This document shows positions 36,931 to 43,433 of a stretch of DNA of 43,433 nucleotides, piece after piece. The position numbers and the translations under genes are program-made. Numbering within the stretch: the first letter of the stretch is position 1; every line of letters begins with the position of its first letter. The notes beneath the pieces were generated by a model that was not told the origin of the DNA, made no database searches, and was given only the letters and a program-made list of their open reading frames with translations. Source of the stretch: an archaeon (GTDB lineage Archaea > Methanobacteriota > Methanobacteria > Methanobacteriales > Methanobacteriaceae); assembly GCA_024409165.1 (NCBI GenBank), contig JAKSUE010000001.1, positions 1 to 43,433 on the forward strand, written 5' to 3'.

Positions 36931-37425
36931 ATGAGAATAATTATTGAAGGGTGTGAATGTACTGGAAAAACAACACTGTCGAATTGATTAGCTTGAAAAT
37001 ACAATTTAAAAGAAAGACACATAACTTCGACAGATAAAAATACATATACATTTTATAAGAAAACACTTAAAAAAGATAATATCATATATGACAGACATTT
37101 TATAGGTGAGATGATTTATCCTGAAATATATAAAAGAAAAGGACATTTAAATCAAAGAAAATTTGAGAAATTATTAAGACAAGCAGCATTTAATGATACT
37201 ATAATTTTTATTTTATATTGTGATAAAAAAACATTAATGAAAAGATATAAAATACGAGGCAGAAAAAAAAATAAAAATATTGTTAACAATATGAATATAA
37301 TAAATAATAAGTTTATTGAAATTGGAAAGAAGTATTGAAAAAACATAAATATGATTGATACTACAAAAGGAATAAATTATGATTTAATTAATATTTTAAT
37401 TTCAAAAATGGAAGGAAAAATATAA
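36931..37425 (+). CDS. Thymidylate/dNMP kinase-like protein 2 (164 aa)
   Basis: IIIEGCECTGKTT and DRHFIGEMIY motifs. Confidence 0.85.
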
Positions 37426-39621
37426 TGGACAAAACAAAATTAATATCAACAATTAAGCTTTTAAAAGAATTGAATTATGTAAATAGATGTATAACAATTG
37501 AAGAATTATGCGATATAGCAAAAACGTGTTTATTAACAACTGAGGAATTAAGAAAAGAAATTTCAATATTATTAGGTTCAATTGATTATAAAGAATTTGG
37601 TGAAGAAGAAGAATTTTGAAACGCAAAAGAAAGATTAAATATTCTAGAATCAGAATTACGAAAAAGAGAAGGATATTAATATGACAGAACACGAAATTAA
37701 AAAAGATAAGTTATATAGAGTAGATGGAAAACTTTATTCAGGAATTCAAATAATCCAAATTATTGGAATAAATCAAAAAATAGTAGATGAAATATACAAA
37801 GAGTTTTCAAAGGAACATTTAACAAATGATAGAACTAAAAATTAAATGAAAATCACAAGAAACAAATTCACCATTATTATATTGATATTCTCACCAACCA
37901 TCAACATTAAATAAAAAGATAATCAAGGATGCGTTTAATGACAGAATTAAAAATTAAGAGAGAAAGTATAAATTCTACATTTGATTATCTTCTGCCAGCA
38001 ATAAAAAATGATTTAATAAAAATTATAAAGGATATGAAATTATGTTAGAATTAAAAATTAAAAAGAAATACTTTGATGCTATATTAGAGTTTATGAGTAA
38101 ACCAATGACTATTGAAGAAATATTTGAAAGAATAAATTGAAAGGACTATTGTGAATATTATGGTTGAATTAAAGATTAATAAAAAATATTTTGATGCAAT
38201 TTTGTCGTTAAAGAAACCATTTGAATTAAGACATAAAGCAATACCAAAAGGTAGTATTGTTAAGTTAAATGAAATTGTAGATTTAAAATATACAGATACC
38301 GACCAATGAATCATAAAATATGGAACAAAACAAACAGGTCGTTATATTATCTTTGAAAGTGGTAGTTGCACACCTTTAATTAAAAATGGTAATAAATATA
38401 CAATAAATATTGATGATAATTGAAACTTTATAGATATTATAGGTTTTAATAACAATAAAGCAGAAGGTGAGTTTTCATTATATTATCATAATTTTTACAA
38501 AAAACCAGTTGTTGAACTGATAGATGATTATTATGGTAATAGTTGTATATTAGATTATCAATGATTAGACAACTTTTGTTGAGATTACATTAACGAAAAA
38601 CAAACTTATTTAATTGAGATAGAAAATATTATAGAGGTAAAATAATATGAATATAACAAAAGAGTTATTTATAGATGCGTTAGACGCTGCAGTGTGTTAC
38701 GCAGAAACTCACAATATTAAGAGTATAAATATGTGAGATGAATATGAAGATATTTATAAGAGATATAATAAGAGGTAAAATAATGAGTTTATTACAAGCA
38801 TTAGAAATTAGAAAATTAAAAAAAGAAATAGAAAATCTAAATAACTTAAATGAAGAATATATGATTCAAGAATCCTGTTTATTTGAATTAAAATTAAAAT
38901 TAGCAAACTGCGAAGAATATATAAAATCATTAGAACAAGAAAATAAAGACTTAAAAAATGAACTAAAATTAGCAGCTGCAAAATTAATTATTAAAGGAGT
39001 AAAATAACATGATAGTTCTGTTAACTGAAATTGCTGAAGTAGATGATAAAACAAAGAAAATAATTAGAAAAGAAGGAAAAATAGTTATTCAGGAATGAGA
39101 AATAACACAAGAAAATGTTCCATTTTTATCTTTTAGACTATCAGAATGTCTTAATCAAGTTAAAAGAAAATGAGATAAAGAGGTAAAATAATGGAAAAAT
39201 GATTTTTTCTTTTTAATAAATGAATATCATATAATGGATTTCTTTGATCTGAAAAATCAAGAAAAGAATTATGACAAAAATTTGTAAAAGCAATAAAAGA
39301 TAAATATAATATAAAAACAGAAAAAATTAACTGAAGAGAACTTGATTTTAATAAAGTTGGAAAAGACTTGTGTGAATATTATTTAGATGAAAACGGTGTC
39401 CAACACGATGGAATTTTTATATTAGATAATATGTCTGGATTATGAAAGGAAAATAAATAATGAAAAAAGTTATAGTTGAATTTGATATTAATGAAAATGT
39501 TATCGCAGTATGAACACCAAAAGAGTTTAATGAATATATTAAATCTAAACCATTATTTGCTCATACATATTTTCTTGAATTTGAATTAAATCAGCCTAAA
39601 GATAATGGAGAAAAATTATAA
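37425..39621 (+). other. Array of small, tightly packed hypothetical ORFs
   Basis: Repeated RBS-ATG starts (GAGGTAAAATAATG, AAGGA) and short code-4 ORFs; individual boundaries not all resolved. Confidence 0.6.
38160..38645 (+). CDS. ASCH/DUF3850-like domain protein (161 aa)
   Basis: ELKINKKYFDAILSLKKPFELR...KGSIVKLNE...TGR pattern. Confidence 0.7.
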
Positions 39622-40838
39622 TGAAATATGTTATTTTAATGGGTAGAGGAATTGAAGGAACTGGAAATACTAAATACGCTATTGAACTTCAAGAGTATTT
39701 AGAATCTTGTGGCGATCAAGTCATATGTTATGCAAACGCGGATCGTAAATGAGGAAGAGAAAAGTCTCATCAAAACAACATTCAATTAATTAAATATTCT
39801 AAAGAACAAGATAAAATCATTCAAAGTTGTGCAGAAGCTGACAAAATACTTATATTAAGTGTTCCAGCAAAAAATTATATTAAAGAAACAAAAGATGCAT
39901 TTATTAATATTTTAGCAGAATCATTTAAAATTGGTAAAGATATTATTTATTTTCAAGTAGATCATTCTATTTACAGCATTGCTAGAAACTTTTATAAAGA
40001 ACCAGAATATGAAAGATTTTTTGTTTATTTATCAAAAGTTATAACTCACAGTAAAAATGGCGATTTTGTTAAAAAATATAAGAATGTTTTAAAAGAAGTC
40101 ATCACTACAAGTGATAGATTAAATGGAATTAATGGAATTAATTTTTCTAAATATAAATCTTATTGAAAACTATTTAATGAAAAATTAAACAAATCTATTA
40201 AGTTTATAGGTCGCGCGGCATCTTGAAAAGGTCCTTATTTATTTAGAGAACTTCATGAAAAATATTTTAAAAGTGAAGGATATATTTGTAGTTGTGAAGG
40301 AATGGAAATGTCAATTGGTAGTTTAGACACTATGTTAAAGTCATTAAAACCGCGTTTACCAAGAGATGATAATGATCTTTGATTTGATAAAGAACATATC
40401 AAACAATTAAAAGAAGGAACTGCGGTATATGAAAGAAATCATCCTATTTATATGATGCCTCCTTATAATAATAAAGAAGCTTTAGAAAGATTAAGTCAAT
40501 GTCAATTTGGAATTGAGTTATTATTATTAAAAGATGAAATCTTAGGAGATGTTTTTGAATATGCAATGCTCGAAATGATAGCTGTCGGTGTAATACCTAT
40601 ATTTAGAAAGAAATGAGGACAAAATTTTAAAATAAATGGAAAATCATTGTTTGATTATGGAGCTCAAACTGGAACTATTTGATTAGATGAAGAACATCCT
40701 GAAGAAGCAGTTCAGTTAATTAATCAATTATCTCAAAATGAAATGATGTATAATATAGTTAGAAATAATGCATTTGATTTTTATTCTAAGTACTTAGATA
40801 ATGCAGTAATATATAAACAAATAAAGGAGTTATTATAA
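39621..40838 (+). CDS. DNA alpha-glucosyltransferase-like enzyme (T4 Agt family, GT-B; 405 aa)
   Basis: N-terminus ILMGRGIEGTGNTKY resembles T4 Agt FMARGLEGCGVTKF; also LSVPA, QVDH, THS, IGRAASWKG, EGME and EYAMLE...G.IPIF; length close to Agt. Confidence 0.88.
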
Positions 40839-40839
40839 A

Positions 40840-41256
40840 ATGAAATTTAAATTATTAAATGATCAGGTTAAATTGCCAGAATTAAAACATGAAGGTGATG
40901 CAGGTTATGATTTATATTTATATGAACCTGTTATAATTCAACCAAATACTATTACAATAATTAATACAGGAATAGCTGTTGAAATTCCAAATGGTGAAGT
41001 TGGTATTATTGTACCGCGAAGTTCAATTACTACAAGTTGTCAATTTCAACTTCAAATGCCACTAATTGATAGTAATTATAGAGGTGAAATTCATATTATA
41101 GTTAATAATCCTACAAATTATTATTATGAATTTAAAAAGAATGACAGAATTTGTTCTTTATGTGTATTTAAAGTAGATACATCTAAACCTGAAGAAATAA
41201 AAGAACTTTCACAAACAAACCGAGGAGAAAATTGAAATGGAAGTACGGGTAAGTAA
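40840..41256 (+). CDS. dut: Trimeric dUTPase family protein (138 aa)
   Basis: DAGYDL, PRSS, IDSNYRGEI, DRI and C-terminal RGENWNGSTG (through TGA). Confidence 0.9.
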
Positions 41257-41804
41257 AATATTAAAAAAATTAGATGAAATTAGAGAAAAAATTTATTTAA
41301 CATCTTTTGTCGATGAATTAAAACTTTTAATATTAGATTGATATGAATGAGAAATCATTACTTATTGTAAAGGAAATGAAAATAAAAAAATATCAGAAAA
41401 AGATCTAAATAAAATAAGAAATAAAATTGCCAAAGAAATTAGAAATAATTTTATTTATGTGTAATGTATTATTATTAAAACATAATAAGTATGCAAATAT
41501 AAATACTGAATATCAAAAAATTGCTTCATTTGATACAATTGAAGAAGCAAAAGAATATATATCAAAACAAAATAAAGAAGACAAACAATGAGAATATCAT
41601 TATTGTTGCCAATGAAAGGAATAAAATGAAATATAAATCATTAGCATGTAAAGATTGACCAGAGCATTATTTATATCTTGATAAAGAACATCGTTGTCAT
41701 TTTATAATTAATAAAAAATTAATTGAGCAATTAGAACAACAAGATTGAAAGTGTGGTACTTGATATGAATGTTCAATTACAGAAAATAATAAAGGAGAAA
41801 TAAC

Positions 41805-42467
41805 ATGTCTTTATCAAAAATAGAAGTTTTAGGAAGTTCAAGCAGTGGCTGTGCATATGTACTTTATTTTGATAATGGAAAAGTTTATCAATTAGATGCT
41901 GGCGTAAAGAATCCTAAAAAAGAACTTGTTAATAAATTATTTATAAGTCACGATCATCCTGATCATATTAAATATTTGAAAGATTATTCTAAAATAGAAA
42001 TTATTAGAGAACAAGAAGAAGAACGTATAACAGAACAATTAATAAGTTTTGTAGTACCACACCGTGTTTTAAATAACGGTTATCTTATTATAGAAGATAA
42101 TTCAAAGATTGGGTACATCACAGATTGTGGTGATTGAGATTCTATTAGAAGTCTTGATTTAAGTGGTTTAGATTATTTATTTATTGAATCAAATTGAGAC
42201 GCAATAGCAATAGCACAACAACGTATATTTGCTGCTGAACATTCAAAATATTCATTTAGTAAATTAGGTCATATGTCAAATTTAGATTGTCTAAGAGCAA
42301 TTACTGATTGAAAAGTAGGAAAAAACTGTAAAATAATATTTATTCATAAATCTAGTCAACACACAATCTATCCAGACTCATTTAAACTATTTGATATATT
42401 ACCTAATCAGTGACATGTTGCAAGAGCAGGAGACATAATTTACTGTAAAAGTTGAAAGGTGATATAA
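41805..42467 (+). CDS. Metallo-beta-lactamase-fold hydrolase (220 aa)
   Basis: GSSSSG, DAG, SHDHPDH, VPH, ITDCG, IESN and GHMSN motifs. Confidence 0.88.
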
Positions 42468-42655
42468 TATGAAACCATTTAATTTAGATTATTCATTTCC
42501 AATAAAAACATTGGATGAACAAATTAATAAATATATTGATGAAGCAAGAGAAAAAATATGTAAAACAGAAGAGGCATGATTGCTTATTGAAAAATACGAA
42601 CAAAAAGATTGAAAGTTTTTTAAAAAACTATATAAATTATTAAAAAGGAAAAAAT

Positions 42656-42838
42656 ATGGACAATAAATTAGATTTAATTAAATTTGCAATATGTGAACAA
42701 AAAGAAAAACAAATTAAAGAAGCATTAAAAACAGGCAATGCAATAAGATTTATAATAGACATTAATTATGTAGATTTTGAAATATATAAAAACATAAAAA
42801 TAATGTTGAACACTAAAAAGGAAAAATATGGACAATAA
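42656..42838 (+). CDS. Hypothetical protein (60 aa)
   Basis: ORF track; AAGGA RBS. Confidence 0.55.
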   Translation: MDNKLDLIKFAICEQKEKQIKEALKTGNAIRFIIDINYVDFEIYKNIKIMLNTKKEKYGQ

Positions 42839-43133
42839 ATTAAAAGATAGAATAACTGATAATATTATCAAATACGATATTAGAGACATTGAATATGACT
42901 GACAGAAAGAATTAGGTGTCGAAAATAATCAATATATGATTTGTAAAAGAACCATTCTTTTTGATTTAATGACTTATGAAGATATCGCTATTGAAGATAA
43001 GAAAAAAGAAGCAAATAAATTATTTTATAAAGCAGCATTAGAAAATTTAAAGAAACAAAAAATGCTAAACAGCGAAGATAAAAAACAAATAGAAAAGAAA
43101 TAATATATAATAATAATAATTGAAAGGAATAAT

Positions 43134-43364
43134 ATGAAATTAACTTATAAAGAAAAATATCAACTACTAAAAAAAGATTATGAAGCTTTAAATAAGAATT
43201 ATCAAGCATTATTAGAAAGCATTGGATCATTAAAAGAAATAGCAAATAAAATGATTCAAATTGTTAAACCAAAAGCAGATCCTAATGAAGTTGCACAAAA
43301 AATAATTGATATTAAAGAAGAAGTAAAAAAAGAAGTTAAAAAAGCACTGTCAGTAAAAAGTTAA
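43134..43364 (+). CDS. Coiled-coil hypothetical protein (76 aa)
   Basis: ORF track; GAAAGGA RBS. Confidence 0.65.
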   Translation: MKLTYKEKYQLLKKDYEALNKNYQALLESIGSLKEIANKMIQIVKPKADPNEVAQKIIDIKEEVKKEVKKALSVKS

Positions 43365-43433
43365 AAAAAGGATATTAAAATGACTAAAAAGAAAAATAAT
43401 GAAAAAATAGTAATTTATGTTGGAAATGAAGCA

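Larger units (their letters stand above)
1..43433. mobile_element. Tailed dsDNA phage genome, genetic code 4, probably lytic and short-tailed, circularly permuted
   Basis: TerL, portal, capsid, PolB and primase-helicase are all present and no host housekeeping genes are seen. Long ORFs open only if TGA = Trp. Both window ends lie in the same plus-strand run of small genes. Confidence 0.95.

Noticed and set aside
243-43245. Antisense track ORFs (e.g. 243-494, 962-1231, 4150-4419, 13140-13373, 21736-22065, 42988-43245)
   Set aside because: They are shadows of well-supported genes on the opposite strand.
1-43433. Code 25 (TGA = Gly) or late-gene-only stop recoding
   Set aside because: TGA occupies conserved Trp positions and is used in both early and late genes.
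1-43433. Prophage/lysogeny module or complete DGR
   Set aside because: No integrase, repressor, flanking host genes, reverse transcriptase or template repeat was recognised.

Overview
This window looks like a complete or nearly complete, circularly permuted genome (~43.4 kb, very AT-rich) of a tailed dsDNA phage that uses genetic code 4 (TGA = Trp), which points to a wall-less Mollicutes host. The supplied ORF track is fragmented because it stops at TGA; all CDS coordinates below were re-read by hand with TGA = Trp. Family assignments come from motifs I recognised by eye, not from database searches. Two gene arms diverge from a GC-richer, mostly non-coding region at ~26.9-28.7 kb and converge on a terminator at ~6.9 kb. 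The minus arm is morphogenesis: TerS, fibres, TerL, portal, scaffold, major capsid, decoration/fibre pair, adaptor, head closure and a phi29-gp9-like tail protein. No tape measure, endolysin or integrase was recognised. The plus arm is early, replication and nucleotide metabolism: amidoligase + GATase, minimal DnaB, SSB-like protein, dCMP hydroxymethylase-like enzyme, two NMP kinases, T4-type alpha-glucosyltransferase, dUTPase, MBL hydrolase, GIY-YIG nuclease, metallophosphoesterase, PolB and primase-SF3 helicase. Highlights: (1) an apparent T4-like glycosyl-hydroxymethylcytosine pathway in a small code-4 phage; (2) a stand-alone ~375 nt structured ncRNA with two tRNA T-arm mimics; (3) a 1.6 kb segment bounded by nested inverted repeats and centred on one acidic 98-aa gene; (4) an amidoligase/GATase pair in a phage whose inferred host has no peptidoglycan.
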